This document shows positions 1 to 15,000 of a DNA stretch of 64,000 nucleotides, piece by piece. The stretch comes from Euprymna scolopes. Lineage: Eukaryota. The position numbers were made by a program, and so were the translations under genes. The notes beneath the pieces are model-generated. The model searched no databases. It was not told where the DNA came from and was given only the letters and a program-made list of their open reading frames with translations. The stretch lies in NCBI GenBank assembly GCA_053919585.1, contig CM132790.1, one strand, 5' to 3'. Every line of letters starts with the position of its first letter. Within the stretch, counting starts at the first letter, position 1.

Positions 1-3000
1 TGCTTCTTCTAATTCAATGGAATCTGTTGGAATTGGAACAGCAATTTCTGTTTCCTCTTGCATAATTTCATGTTCTGCAGGAGAATCGATACTGACACCG
101 GAAACAGGCACACCCGTCTCCTCAGTGACTACGATGACGCGGTCTTCATCCAATGTTTCTGGAAGTTCAACTGGTATATTGTCCACTTCGTTTTTCTCAT
201 CAATCACTATTTTTTCATCAATCTCATGTTCGTCTAAAGCTATATTCTCTGTTGGAGTTATGTCTTTCGCAGCAGAAATTAGCATTTCCTCGCCCTCTGT
301 AAGAATCGGTTCGGAAACCTGAGCAAAGTCAACGTCTTCTGATTGTGTGTGTGACGCTTGCGTAATTTCGGGCAAATTTGTGTCGTCAAGTTCGACTTCA
401 AGTGGACATTCGGTAGATTTTATTTCAGAAGGTAAATCAATGTTGTCAGTATCAAGTGTGTCTAGTTGTTTCTCAATATCCTCTACTATTTCACACTGAT
501 CACCAGCATCCACTGTTTCAGTGAAACTTGGTAAGTCCTCGTGAAAGACATTATCTGGCAGGACATTACACTCAGCTTCAACATTATTTTCAGTCTCATT
601 CAAATTAAGGTCAGTCTCCTCAAGATTTCCTAACTGAGTTGTAATTTCATCTTCGCCTTCAGGATCCACCACAATCTCTTCTTCAGTCTCAACTTTAGGT
701 TCACGCTTCTTAAACAGATTTTCGAAGAAACGTTTCACCGGATTCTCTTTCTTTTCATCTGACTTTGATGTTTCTTCAGTTATTTCGATTATTTCTTCAT
801 CGTTCATAGTAATTTCAACACATTCCTCTTCAGGTTTTGTTTGATTATCAGACAATTCTTCCTTTAAAACCAATTCTTCCTCTTCTTCTTCGTCTTCGGG
901 ATCAATTTGAGTATTTTCGAAATTGTTAAGATGCTCTTTTATTTCATTCGAATCTGTTAGATTCTCTTGATTCTCCATCGGGATTATAGAAGGTATTGTG
1001 GATTCTGAAGTCTCTTCAACTTCTGATATCCCAGTTACAGTTATATCTTCTATTTCCCGTTCTACGAAAATTTCACCTTCATCAAATTTTTCCGGAAGAT
1101 GTACACCAACTTCTTCTTCTGGTAAAATATCTTCAAACTCATTTGGCAACTGAACTTCAAATTCGGTGTTTTCTTTTCCTTCTACTCTTTCTTCTGTTTC
1201 TTCTTTTTCTTCAAGTGTTTCTTTGACTTCTTCAAAATCCCTCTCCTCCGTTTTCTCTATCGGATCTCGTTTTTTAAACAGATTATCAAAGAATCGTTTA
1301 ACAGGATTTTCTTTCTTTTCTTTTGGTTTTGGAATTTCGTCAATAATTTCTAACATTTCTTCATTTTCTGTAATCGTTTCAGCTGCTTCGTCATTTGCCA
1401 TTTTATCCTCTATTAATTTTTCAGCTAAAGTCAGTTCATTTTCTTCCACTGCCAGAGTCTCTTCGGCAACACTTGGAATACTTTTAACTTTTGAATCCTC
1501 TTCTGTTGTTATTTCTAAATCATTTTCCTCACTTGCATCTGCTATATCATTTACTGTCATAATTACATCTTCTGCAATTGGTATTGGCTGTTCTGTAGAT
1601 TCGCTAATTTCTAAATCTGAATTCTGACCATTTAATTTATCTTCTAGTTCTGCTTCTTCTAATTCAATGGAATCTGTTGGAATTGGAACAGCAATTTCTG
1701 TTTCCTCTTGCATAATTTCAAGTTCTGCAGGAGAATCGATACTGACACCGGAAACAGGCACACCCGACTCCTCAGTGACTACGATGATGCGGTCTTCATC
1801 CAATGTTTCTGGAAGTTCAACTGGTATATTGTCCACTTCGTTTTTCTCATCAATCACTATTTTTTCATCAATCTCATGTTCGTCTAAAGCTATGTGCTCT
1901 GTTGGAGTTATGTCTTCCCCAGCAGAAATTAGCATTTCCTCGCCCTCTGTAAGAATCGGTTCGGAAACCTGAGCAAAGTCAACGTCTTCTGATTGTGTGT
2001 GTGACGCTTGCGTAATTTCGGGCAAATTTGTGTCGTCAAGTTCGACTTCAAGTGGACATTCGGTAGATTTTATTTCAGAAGGTAAATCAATGTTGTCAGT
2101 ATCAAGTGTGTCTAGTTGTTTCTCAATATCCTCTACTATTTCACACTGATCACCAGCATCCACTGTTTCAGTGAAACTTGGTAAGTCCTCGTGAAAGACA
2201 TTATCTGGTAGGACATTACACTCAGCTTCAACATTATTTTCAGTCTCATTCAAATTAAGGTCAGTCTCCTCAAGATTTCCTAACTGAGTTGTAATTTCAT
2301 CTTCGCCTTCAGGATCCACCACAATCTCTTCTTCAGTCTCAACTTTAGGTTCACGCTTCTTAAACAGATTTTCGAAGAAACGTTTCACCGGATTCTCTTT
2401 CTTTTCATCTGACTTTGATGTTTCTTCAGTTATTTCGATTATTTCTTCATCGTTCATAGTAATTTCAACACATTCCTCTTCAGGTTTTGTTTGATTATCA
2501 GACAATTCTTCCTTTAAAACCAATTCTTCCTCTTCTTCTTCGTCTTCGGGATCAATTTGAGTATTTTCGAAATTGTTAAGATGCTCTTTTATTTCATTCG
2601 AATCTGTTAGATTCTCTTGATTCTCCATCGGGATTATAGAAGGTATTGTGGATTCTGAAGTCTCTTCAACTTCTGATATCCCAGTTACAGTTATATCTTC
2701 TATTTCCCGTTCTACGAAAATTTCACCTTCATCAAATTTTTCCGGAAGATGTACACCAACTTCTTCTTCTGGTAAAATATCTTCAAACTCATTTGGCAAC
2801 TGAACTTCAAATTCGGTGTTTTCTTTTCCTTCTACTCTTTCTTCTGTTTCTTCTTTTTCTTCAAGTGTTTCTTTGACTTCTTCAAAATCCCTCTCCTCCG
2901 TTTTCTCTATCGGATCTCGTTTTTTAAACAGATTATCAAAGAATCGTTTAACAGGATTTTCTTTCTTTTCTTTTGGTTTTGGAATTTCGTCAATAATTTC

Positions 3001-6000
3001 TAACATTTCTTCATTTTCTGTAATCGTTTCAGCTGCTTCGTCATTTGCCATTTTATCCTCTATTAATTCTTCAGCTAAAGTCAGTTCATTTTCTTCCACT
3101 GCCAGAGTCTCTTCGGCAACACTTGGAATACTTTTAACTTTTGAATCCTCTTCTGTTGTTATTTCTAAATCATTTTCCTCACTTGCATCTGCTATATCAT
3201 TTACTGTCATAATTACATCTTCTGCAATTGGTATTGGCTGTTCTGTAGATTCGCTAATTTCTAAATCTGAATTCTGACCATTTAATTTATCTTCTAGTTC
3301 TGCTTCTTCTAATTCAATGGAATCTGTTGGAATTGGAACAGCAATTTCTGTTTCCTCTTGCATAATTTCATGTTCTTCAGGAGAATCGATACTGACACCG
3401 GAAACAGGCACACCCGACTCCTCAGTGACTACGATGACGCGGTCTTCATCCAATGTTTCTGGAAGTTCAACTGGTATATTGTCCACTTCGTTTTTCTCAT
3501 CAATCACTATTTTTTCATCAATCTCATGTTCGTCTAAAGCTATATTCTCTGTTGGAGTTATGTCTTTCGCAGCAGAAATTAGCATTTCCTCGCCCTCTGT
3601 AAGAATCGGTTCGGAAACCTGAGCAAAGTCAACGTCTTCTGATTGTGTGTGTGACGCTTGCGTAATTTCGGGCAAATTTGTGTCGTCAAGTTCGACTTCA
3701 AGTGGACATTCGGTAGATTTTATTTCAGAAGGTAAATCAATGTTGTCAGTATCAAGTGTGTCTAGTTGTTTCTCAATATCCTCTACTATTTCACACTGAT
3801 CACCAGCATCCACTGTTTCAGTGAAACTTGGTAAGTCCTCGTGAAAGACATTATCTGGCAGGACATTACACTCAGCTTCAACATTATTTTCAGTCTCATT
3901 CAAATTAAGGTCAGTCTCCTCAAGATTTCCTAACTGAGTTGTAATTTCATCTTCGCCTTCAGGATCCACCACAATCTCTTCTTCAGTCTCAACTTTAGGT
4001 TCACGCTTCTTAAACAGATTTTCGAAGAAACGTTTCACCGGATTCTCTTTCTTTTCATCTGACTTTGATGTTTCTTCAGTTATTTCGATTATTTCTTCAT
4101 CGTTCATAGTAATTTCAACACATTCCTCTTCAGGTTTTGTTTGATTATCAGACAATTCTTCCTTTAAAACCAATTCTTCCTCTTCTTCTTCGTCTTCGGG
4201 ATCAATTTGAGTATTTTCGAAATTGTTAAGATGCTCTTTTATTTCATTCGAATCTGTTAGATTCTCTTGATTCTCCATCGGGATTATAGAAGGTATTGTG
4301 GATTCTGAAGTCTCTTCAACTTCTGATATCCCAGTTACAGTTATATCTTCTATTTCCCGTTCTACGAAAATTTCACCTTCATCAAATTTTTCCGGAAGAT
4401 GTACACCAACTTCTTCTTCTGGTAAAATATCTTCAAACTCATTTGGCAACTGAACTTCAAATTCGGTGTTTTCTTTTCCTTCTACTCTTTCTTCTGTTTC
4501 TTCTTTTTCTTCAAGTGTTTCTTTGACTTCTTCAAAATCCCTCTCCTCCGTTTTCTCTATCGGATCTCGTTTTTTAAACAGATTATCAAAGAATCGTTTA
4601 ACAGGATTTTCTTTCTTTTCTTTTGGTTTTGGAATTTCGTCAATAATTTCTAACATTTCTTCATTTTCTGTAATCGTTTCAGCTGCTTCGTCATTTGCCA
4701 TTTTATCCTCTATTAATTCTTCAGCTAAAGTCAGTTCATTTTCTTCCACTGCCAGAGTCTCTTCGGCAACACTTGGAATACTTTTAATTTTTGAATCCTC
4801 TTCTGTTGTTATTTCTAAATCATTTTCCTCACTTGCATCTGCTATATCATTTACTGTCATAATTACATCTTCTGCAATTGGTATTGGCTGTTCTGTAGAT
4901 TCGCTAATTTCTAAATCTGAATTCTGACCATTTAATTTATCTTCTAGTTCTGCTTCTTCTAATTCAATGGAATCTGTTGGAATTGGAACAGCAATTTCTG
5001 TTTCCTCTTGCATAATTTCATGTTCTGCAGGAGAATCGATACTGACACCGGAAACAGGCACACCCGACTCCTCAGTGACTACGATGATGCGGTCTTCATC
5101 CAATGTTTCTGGAAGTTCAACTGGTATATTGTCCACTTCGTTTTTCTCATCAATCACTATTTTTTCATCAATCTCATGTTCGTCTAAAGCTATATTCTCT
5201 GTTGGAGTTATGTCTTCCCCAGCAGAAATTAGCATTTCCTCGCCCTCTGTAAGAATCGGTTCGGAAACCTGAGCAAAGTCAACGTCTTCTGATTGTGTGT
5301 GTGACGCTTGCGTAATTTCGGGCAAATTTGTGTCGTCAAGTTCGACTTCAAGTGGACATTCGGTAGATTTTATTTCAGAAGGTAAATCAATGTTGTCAGT
5401 ATCAAGTGTGTCTAGTTGTTTCTCAATATCCTCTACTATTTCACACTGATCACCAGCATCCACTGTTTCAGTGAAACTTGGTAAGTCCTCGTGAAAGACA
5501 TTATCTGGCAGAACATTACACTCAGCTTCAACATTATTTTCAGTCTCATTCAAATTAAGGTCAGTCTCCTCAAGATTTCCTAACTGAGTTGTAATTTCAT
5601 CTTCGCCTTCAGGATCCACCACAATCTCTTCTTCAGTCTCAACTTTAGGTTCACGCTTCTTAAACAGATTTTCGAAGAAACGTTTCACCGGATTCTCTTT
5701 CTTTTCATCTGACTTTGATGTTTCTTCAGTTATTTCGATTATTTCTTCATCGTTCATAGTAATTTCAACACATTCCTCTTCAGGTTTTGTTTGATTATCA
5801 GACAATTCTTCCTTTAAAACCAATTCTTCCTCTTCTTCTTCGTCTTCGGGATCAATTTGAGTATTTTCGAAATTGTTAAGATGCTCTTTTATTTCATTCG
5901 AATCTGTTAGATTCTCTTGATTCTCCATCGGGATTATAGAAGGTATTGTGGATTCTGAAGTCTCTTCAACTTCTGATATCCCAGTTACAGTTATATCTTC

Positions 6001-9000
6001 TATTTCCCGTTCTACGAAAATTTCACCTTCATCAAATTTTTCCGGAAGATGTACACCAACTTCTTCTTCTGGTAAAATATCTTCAAACTCATTTGGCAAC
6101 TGAACTTCAAATTCGGTGTTTTCTTTTCCTTCTACTCTTTCTTCTGTTTCTTCTTTTTCTTCAAGTGTTTCTTTGACTTCTTCAAAATCCCTCTCCTCCG
6201 TTTTCTCTATCGGATCTCGTTTTTTAAACAGATTATCAAAGAATCGTTTAACAGGATTTTCTTTCTTTTCTTTTGGTTTTGGAATTTCGTCAATAATTTC
6301 TAACATTTCTTCATTTTCTGTAATCGTTTCAGCTGCTTCGTCATTTGCCATTTTATCCTCTATTAATTCTTCAGCTAAAGTCAGTTCATTTTCTTCCACT
6401 GCCACAGTCTCTTCGGCAACACTTGGAATACTTTTAATTTTTGAATCCTCTTCTGTTGTTATTTCTAAATCATTTTCCTCACTTGCATCTGCTATATCAT
6501 TTACTGTCATAATTACATCTTCTGCAATTGGTATTGGCTGTTCTGTAGATTCGCTAATTTCTAAATCTGAATTCTGACCATTTAATTTATCTTCTAGTTC
6601 TGCTTCTTCTAATTCAATGGAATCTGTTGGAATTGGAACAGCAATTTCTGTTTCCTCTTGCATAATTTCAAGTTCTGCAGGAGAATCGATACTGACACCG
6701 GAAACAGGCACACCCGTCTCCTCAGTGACTACAATGACGCGGTCTTCATCCAATGTTTCTGGAAGTTCAACTGGTATATTGTCCACTTCGTTTTTCTCAT
6801 CAATCACTATTTTTTCATCAATCTCATGTTCGTCTAAAGCTATGTGCTCTGTTGGAGTTATGTCTTCCGCAGCAGAAATTAGCATTTCCTCGCCCTCTGT
6901 AAGAATCGGTTCGGAAACCTGAGCAAAGTCAACGTCTTCTGATTGTGTGTGTGACGCTTGCGTAATTTCGGGCAAATTTGTGTCGTCAAGTTCGACTTCA
7001 AGTGGACATTCGGTAGATTTTATTTCAGAAGGTAAATCAATGTTGTCAGTATCAAGTGTGTCTAGTTGTTTCTCAATATCCTCTACTATTTCACACTGAT
7101 CACCAGCATCCACTGTTTCAGTGAAACTTGGTAAGTCCTCGTGAAAGACATTATCTGGCAGAACATTACACTCAGCTTCAACATTATTTTCAGTCTCATT
7201 CAAATTAAGGTCAGTCTCCTCAAGATTTCCTAACTGAGTTGTAATTTCATCTTCGCCTTCAGGATCCACCACAATCTCTTCTTCAGTCTCAACTTTAGGT
7301 TCACGCTTCTTAAACAGATTTTCGAAGAAACGTTTCACCGGATTCTCTTTCTTTTCATCTGACTTTGATGTTTCTTCAGTTATTTCGATTATTTCTTCAT
7401 CGTTCATAGTAATTTCAACACATTCCTCTTCAGGTTTTGTTTGATTATCAGACAATTCTTCCTTTAAAACCAATTCTTCCTCTTCTTCTTCGTCTTCGGG
7501 ATCAATTTGAGTATTTTCGAAATTGTTAAGATGCTCTTTTATTTCATTCGAATCTGTTAGATTCTCTTGATTCTTCATCGGGATTATAGAAGGTATTGTG
7601 GATTCTGAAGTCTCTTCAACTTCTGATATCCCAGTTACAGTTATATCTTCTATTTCCCGTTCTACGAAAATTTCACCTTCATCAAATTTTTCCGGAAGAT
7701 GTACACCAACTTCTTCTTCTGGTAAAATATCTTCAAACTCATTTGGCAACTGAACTTCAAATTCGGTGTTTTCTTTTCCTTCTACTCTTTCTTCTGTTTC
7801 TTCTTTTTCTTCAAGTGTTTCTTTGACTTCTTCAAAATCCCTCTCCTCCGTTTTCTCTATCGGATCTCGTTTTTTAAACAGATTATCAAAGAATCGTTTA
7901 ACAGGATTTTCTTTCTTTTCTTTTGGTTTTGGAATTTCGTCAATAATTTCTAACATTTCTTCATTTTCTGTAATCGTTTCAGCTGCTTCGTCATTTGCCA
8001 TTTTATCCTCTATTAATTCTTCAGCTAAAGTCAGTTCATTTTCTTCCACTGCCAGAGTCTCTTCGGCAACACTTGGAATACTTTTAATTTTTGAATCCTC
8101 TTCTGTTGTTATTTCTAAATCATTTTCCTCACTTGCATCTGCTATATCATTTACTGTCATAATTACATCTTCTGCAATTGGTATTGGCTGTTCTGTAGAT
8201 TCGCTAATTTCTAAATCTGAATTCTGACCATTTAATTTATCTTCTAGTTCTGCTTCTTCTAATTCAATGGAATCTGTTGGAATTGGAACAGCAATTTCTG
8301 TTTCCTCTTGCATAATTTCAAGTTCTGCAGGAGAATCGATACTGACACCGGAAACAGGCACACCCGTCTCCTCAGTGACTACAATGACGCGGTCTTCATC
8401 CAATGTTTCTGGAAGTTCAACTGGTATATTGTCCACTTCGTTTTTCTCATCAATCACTATTTTTTCATCAATCTCATGTTCGTCTAAAGCTATGTGCTCT
8501 GTTGGAGTTATGTCTTCCGCAGCAGAAATTAGCATTTCCTCGCCCTCTGTAAGAATCGGTTCGGAAACCTGAGCAAAGTCAACGTCTTCTGATTGTGTGT
8601 GTGACGCTTGCGTAATTTCGGGCAAATTTGTGTCGTCAAGTTCGACTTCAAGTGGACATTCGGTAGATTTTATTTCAGAAGGTAAATCAATGTTGTCAGT
8701 ATCAAGTGTGTCTAGTTGTTTCTCAATATCCTCTACTATTTCACACTGATCACCAGCATCCACTGTTTCAGTGAAACTTGGTAAGTCCTCGTGAAAGACA
8801 TTATCTGGTAGGACATTACACTCAGCTTCAACATTATTTTCAGTCTCATTCAAATTAAGGTCAGTCTCCTCAAGATTTCCTAACTGAGTTGTAATTTCAT
8901 CTTCGCCTTCAAGATCCACCACAATCTCTTCTTCAGTCTCAACTTTAGGTTCACGCTTCTTAAACAGATTTTCGAAGAAACGTTTCACCGGATTCTCTTT

Positions 9001-12000
9001 CTTTTCATCTGACTTTGATGTTTCTTCAGTTATTTCGATTATTTCTTCATCGTTCATAGTAATTTCAACACATTCCTCTTCAGGTTTTGTTTGATTATCA
9101 GACAATTCTTCCTTTAAAACCAATTCTTCCTCTTCTTCTTCGTCTTCGGGATCAATTTGAGTATTTTCGAAATTGTTAAGATGCTCTTTTATTTCATTCG
9201 AATCTGTTAGATTCTCTTGATTCTCCATCGGGATTATAGAAGGTATTGTGGATTCTGAAGTCTCTTCAACTTCTGATATCCCAGTTACAGTTATATCTTC
9301 TATTTCCCGTTCTACGAAAATTTCACCTTCATCAAATTTTTCCGGAAGATGTACACCAACTTCTTCTTCTGGTAAAATATCTTCAAACTCATTTGGCAAC
9401 TGAACTTCAAATTCGGTGTTTTCTTTTCCTTCTACTCTTTCTTCTGTTTCTTCTTTTTCTTCAAGTGTTTCTTTGACTTCTTCAAAATCCCTCTCCTCCG
9501 TTTTCTCTATCGGATCTCGTTTTTTAAACAGATTATCAAAGAATCGTTTAACAGGATTTTCTTTCTTTTCTTTTGGTTTTGGAATTTCGTCAATAATTTC
9601 TAACATTTCTTCATTTTCTGTAATCGTTTCAGCTGCTTCGTCATTTGCCATTTTATCCTCTATTAATTCTTCAGCTAAAGTCAGTTCATTTTCTTCCACT
9701 GCCAGAGTCTCTTCGGCAACACTTGGAATACTTTTAATTTTTGAATCCTCTTCTGTTGTTATTTCTAAATCATTTTCCTCACTTGCATCTGCTATATCAT
9801 TTACTGTCATAATTACATCTTCTGCAATTGGTATTGGCTGTTCTGTAGATTCGCTAATTTCTAAATCTGAATTCTGACCATTTAATTTATCTTCTAGTTC
9901 TGCTTCTTCTAATTCAATGGAATTTGTTGGAATTGGAACAGCAATTTCTGTTTCCTCTTGCATAATTTCAAGTTCTGCAGGAGAATCGATACTGACACCG
10001 GAAACAGGCACACCCGTCTCCTCAGTGACTACAATGACGCGGTCTTCATCCAATGTTTCTGGAAGTTCAACTGGTATATTGTCCACTTCGTTTTTCTCAT
10101 CAATCACTATTTTTTCATCAATCTCATGTTCGTCTAAAGCTATGTGCTCTGTTGGAGTTATGTCTTCCGCAGCAGAAATTAGCATTTCCTCGCCCTCTGT
10201 AAGAATCGGTTCGGAAACCTGAGCAAAGTCAACGTCTTCTGATTGTGTGTGTGACGCTTGCGTAATTTCGGGCAAATTTGTGTCGTCAAGTTCGACTTCA
10301 AGTGGACATTCGGTAGATTTTATTTCAGAAGGTAAATCAATGTTGTCAGTATCAAGTATGTCTAGTTGTTTCTCAATATCCTCTACTATTTCACACTGAT
10401 CACCAGCATCCACTGTTTCAGTGAAACTTGGTAAGTCCTCGTGAAAGACATTATCTGGTAGGACATTACACTCAGCTTCAACATTATTTTCAGTCTCATT
10501 CAAATTAAGGTCAGTCTCCTCAAGATTTCCTAACTGAGTTGTAATTTCATCTTCGCCTTCAGGATCCACCACAATCTCTTCTTCAGTCTCAACTTTAGGT
10601 TCACGCTTCTTAAACAGATTTTCGAAGAAACGTTTCACCGGATTCTCTTTCTTTTCATCTGACTTTGATGTTTCTTCAGTTATTTCGATTATTTCTTCAT
10701 CGTTCATAGTAATTTCAACACATTCCTCTTCAGGTTTTGTTTGATTATCAGACAATTCTTCCTTTAAAACCAATTCTTCCTCTTCTTCTTCGTCTTCGGG
10801 ATCAATTTGAGTATTTTCGAAATTGTTAAGATGCTCTTTTATTTCATTCGAATCTGTTAGATTCTCTTGATTCTCCATCGGGATTATAGAAGGTATTGTG
10901 GATTCTGAAGTCTCTTCAACTTCTGATATCCCAGTTACAGTTATATCTTCTATTTCCCGTTCTACGAAAATTTCACCTTCATCAAATTTTTCCGGAAGAT
11001 GTACACCAACTTCTTCTTCTGGTAAAATATCTTCAAACTCATTTGGCAACTGAACTTCAAATTCGGTGTTTTCTTTTCCTTCTACTCTTTCTTCTGTTTC
11101 TTCTTTTTCTTCAAGTGTTTCTTTGACTTCTTCAAAATCCCTCTCCTCCGTTTTCTCTATCGGATCTCGTTTTTTAAACAGATTATCAAAGAATCGTTTA
11201 ACAGGATTTTCTTTCTTTTCTTTTGGTTTTGGAATTTCGTCAATAATTTCTAACATTTCTTCATTTTCTGTAATCGTTTCAGCTGCTTCGTCATTTGCCA
11301 TTTTATCCTCTATTAATTCTTCAGCTAAAGTCAGTTCATTTTCTTCCACTGCCAGAGTCTCTTCGGCAACACTTGGAATACTTTTAATTTTTGAATCCTC
11401 TTCTGTTGTTATTTCTAAATCATTTTCCTCACTTGCATCTGCTATATCATTTACTGTCATAATTACATCTTCTGCAATTGGTATTGGCTGTTCTGTAGAT
11501 TCGCTAATTTCTAAATCTGAATTCTGACCATTTAATTTATCTTCTAGTTCTGCTTCTTCTAATTCAATGGAATCTGTTGGAATTGAAACAGCAACTTCTG
11601 TTTCCTCTTGCATAATTTCATGTTCTGCAGGAGAATCGATACTGACACCGGAAACAGGCACACCCGACTCCTCAGTGACTACGATGACGCGGTCTTCATC
11701 CAATGTTTCTGGAAGTTCAACTGGTATATTGTCCACTTCGTTTTTCTCATCAATCACTATTTTTTCATCAATCTCATGTTCGTCTAAAGCTATATTCTCT
11801 GTTGGAGTTATGTCTTTCGCAGCAGAAATTAGCATTTCCTCGCCCTCTGTAAGAATCGGTTCGGAAACCTGAGCAAAGTCAACGTCTTCTGATTGTGTGT
11901 GTGACGCTTGCGTAATTTCGGGCAAATTTGTGTCGTCAAGTTCGACTTCAAGTGGACATTCGGTAGATTTTATTTCAGAAGGTAAATCAATGTTGTCAGT

Positions 12001-15000
12001 ATCAAGTGTGTCTAGTTGTTTCTCAATATCCTCTACTATTTCACACTGATCACCAGCATCCACTGTTTCAGTGAAACTTGGTAAGTCCTCGTGAAAGACA
12101 TTATCTGGCAGGACATTACACTCAGCTTCAACATTATTTTCAGTCTCATTCAAATTAAGGTCAGTCTCCTCAAGATTTCCTAACTGAGTTGTAATTTCAT
12201 CTTCGCCTTCAGGATCCACCACAATCTCTTCTTCAGTCTCAACTTTAGGTTCACGCTTCTTAAACAGATTTTCGAAGAAACGTTTCACCGGATTCTCTTT
12301 CTTTTCATCTGACTTTGATGTTTCTTCAGTTATTTCGATTATTTCTTCATCGTTCATAGTAATTTCAACACATTCCTCTTCAGGTTTTGTTTGATTATCA
12401 GACAATTCTTCCTTTAAAACCAATTCTTCCTCTTCTTCTTCGTCTTCGGGATCAATTTGAGTATTTTCGAAATTGTTAAGATGCTCTTTTATTTCATTCG
12501 AATCTGTTAGATTCTCTTGATTCTCCATCGGGATTATAGAAGGTATTGTGGATTCTGAAGTCTCTTCAACTTCTGATATCCCAGTTACAGTTATATCTTC
12601 TATTTCCCGTTCTACGAAAATTTCACCTTCATCAAATTTTTCCGGAAGATGTACACCAACTTCTTCTTCTGGTAAAATATCTTCAAACTCATTTGGCAAC
12701 TGAACTTCAAATTCGGTGTTTTCTTTTCCTTCTACTCTTTCTTCTGTTTCTTCTTTTTCTTCAAGTGTTTCTTTGACTTCTTCAAAATCCCTCTCCTCCG
12801 TTTTCTCTATCGGATCTCGTTTTTTAAACAGATTATCAAAGAATCGTTTAACAGGATTTTCTTTCTTTTCTTTTGGTTTTGGAATTTCGTCAATAATTTC
12901 TAACATTTCTTCATTTTCTGTAATCGTTTCAGCTGCTTCGTCATTTGCCATTTTATCCTCTATTAATTCTTCAGCTAAAGTCAGTTCATTTTCTTCCACT
13001 GCCAGAGTCTCTTCGGCAACACTTGGAATACTTTTAATTTTTGAATCCTCTTCTGTTGTTATTTCTAAATCATTTTCCTCACTTGCATCTGCTATATCAT
13101 TTACTGTCATAATTACATCTTCTGCAATTGGTATTGGCTGTTCTGTAGATTCGCTAATTTCTAAATCTGAATTCTGACCATTTAATTTATCTTCTAGTTC
13201 TGCTTCTTCTAATTCAATGGAATCTGTTGGAATTGGAACAGCAATTTCTGTTTCCTCTTGCATAATTTCATGTCCTGCAGGAGAATCGATACTGACACCG
13301 GAAACAGGCACACCCGACTCCTCAGTGACTACGATGATGCGGTCTTCATCCAATGTTTCTGGAAGTTCAACTGGTATATTGTCCACTTCGTTTTTCTCAT
13401 CAATCACTATTTTTTCATCAATCTCATGTTCGTCTAAAGCTATATTCTCTGTTGGAGTTATGTCTTCCCCAGCAGAAATTAGCATTTCCTCGCCCTCTGT
13501 AAGAATCGGTTCGGAAACCTGAGCAAAGTCAACGTCTTCTGATTGTGTGTGTGACGCTTGCGTAATTTCGGGCAAATTTGTGTCGTCAAGTTCGACTTCA
13601 AGTGGACATTCGGTAGATTTTATTTCAGAAGGTAAATCAATGTTGTCAGTATCAAGTGTGTCTAGTTGTTTCTCAATATCCTCTACTATTTCACACTGAT
13701 CACCAGCATCCACTGTTTCAGTGAAACTTGGTAAGTCCTCGTGAAAGACATTATCTGGCAGAACATTACACTCAGCTTCAACATTATTTTCAGTCTCATT
13801 CAAATTAAGGTCAGTCTCCTCAAGATTTCCTAACTGAGTTGTAATTTCATCTTCGCCTTCAGGATCCACCACAATCTTTTCTTCAGTCTCAACTTTAGGT
13901 TCACGCTTCTTAAACAGATTTTCGAAGAAACGTTTCACCGGATTCTCTTTCTTTTCATCTGACTTTGATGTTTCTTCAGTTATTTCGATTATTTCTTCAT
14001 CGTTCATAGTAATTTCAACACATTCCTCTTCAGGTTTTGTTTGATTATCAGACAATTCTTCCTTTAAAACCAATTCTTCCTCTTCTTCTTCGTCTTCGGG
14101 ATCAATTTGAGTATTTTCGAAATTGTTAAGATGCTCTTTTATTTCATTCGAATCTGTTAGATTCTCTTGATTCTCCATCGGGATTATAGAAGGTATTGTG
14201 GATTCTGAAGTCTCTTCAACTTCTGATATCCCAGTTACAGTTATATCTTCTATTTCCCGTTCTACGAAAATTTCACCTTCATCAAATTTTTCCGGAAGAT
14301 GTACACCAACTTCTTCTTCTGGTAAAATATCTTCAAACTCATTTGGCAACTGAACTTCAAATTCGGTGTTTTCTTTTCCTTCTACTCTTTCTTCTGTTTC
14401 TTCTTTTTCTTCAAGTGTTTCTTTGACTTCTTCAAAATCCCTCTCCTCCGTTTTCTCTATCGGATCTCGTTTTTTAAACAGATTATCAAAGAATCGTTTA
14501 ACAGGATTTTCTTTCTTTTCTTTTGGTTTTGGAATTTCGTCAATAATTTCTAACATTTCTTCATTTTCTGTAATCGTTTCAGCTGCTTCGTCATTTGCCA
14601 TTTTATCCTCTATTAATTCTTCAGCTAAAGTCAGTTCATTTTCTTCCACTGCCAGAGTCTCTTCGGCAACACTTGGAATACTTTTAATTTTTGAATCCTC
14701 TTCTGTTGTTATTTCTAAATCATTTTCCTCACTTGCATCTGCTATATCATTTACTGTCATAATTACATCTTCTGCAATTGGTATTGGCTGTTCTGTAGAT
14801 TCGCTAATTTCTAAATCTGAATTCTGACCATTTAATTTATCTTCTAGTTCTGCTTCTTCTAATTCAATGGAATCTGTTGGAATTGAAACAGCAACTTCTG
14901 TTTCCTCTTGCATAATTTCATGTTCTGCAGGAGAATCGATACTGACACCGGAAACAGGCACACCCGTCTCCTCAGTGACTACGATGACGCGGTCTTCATC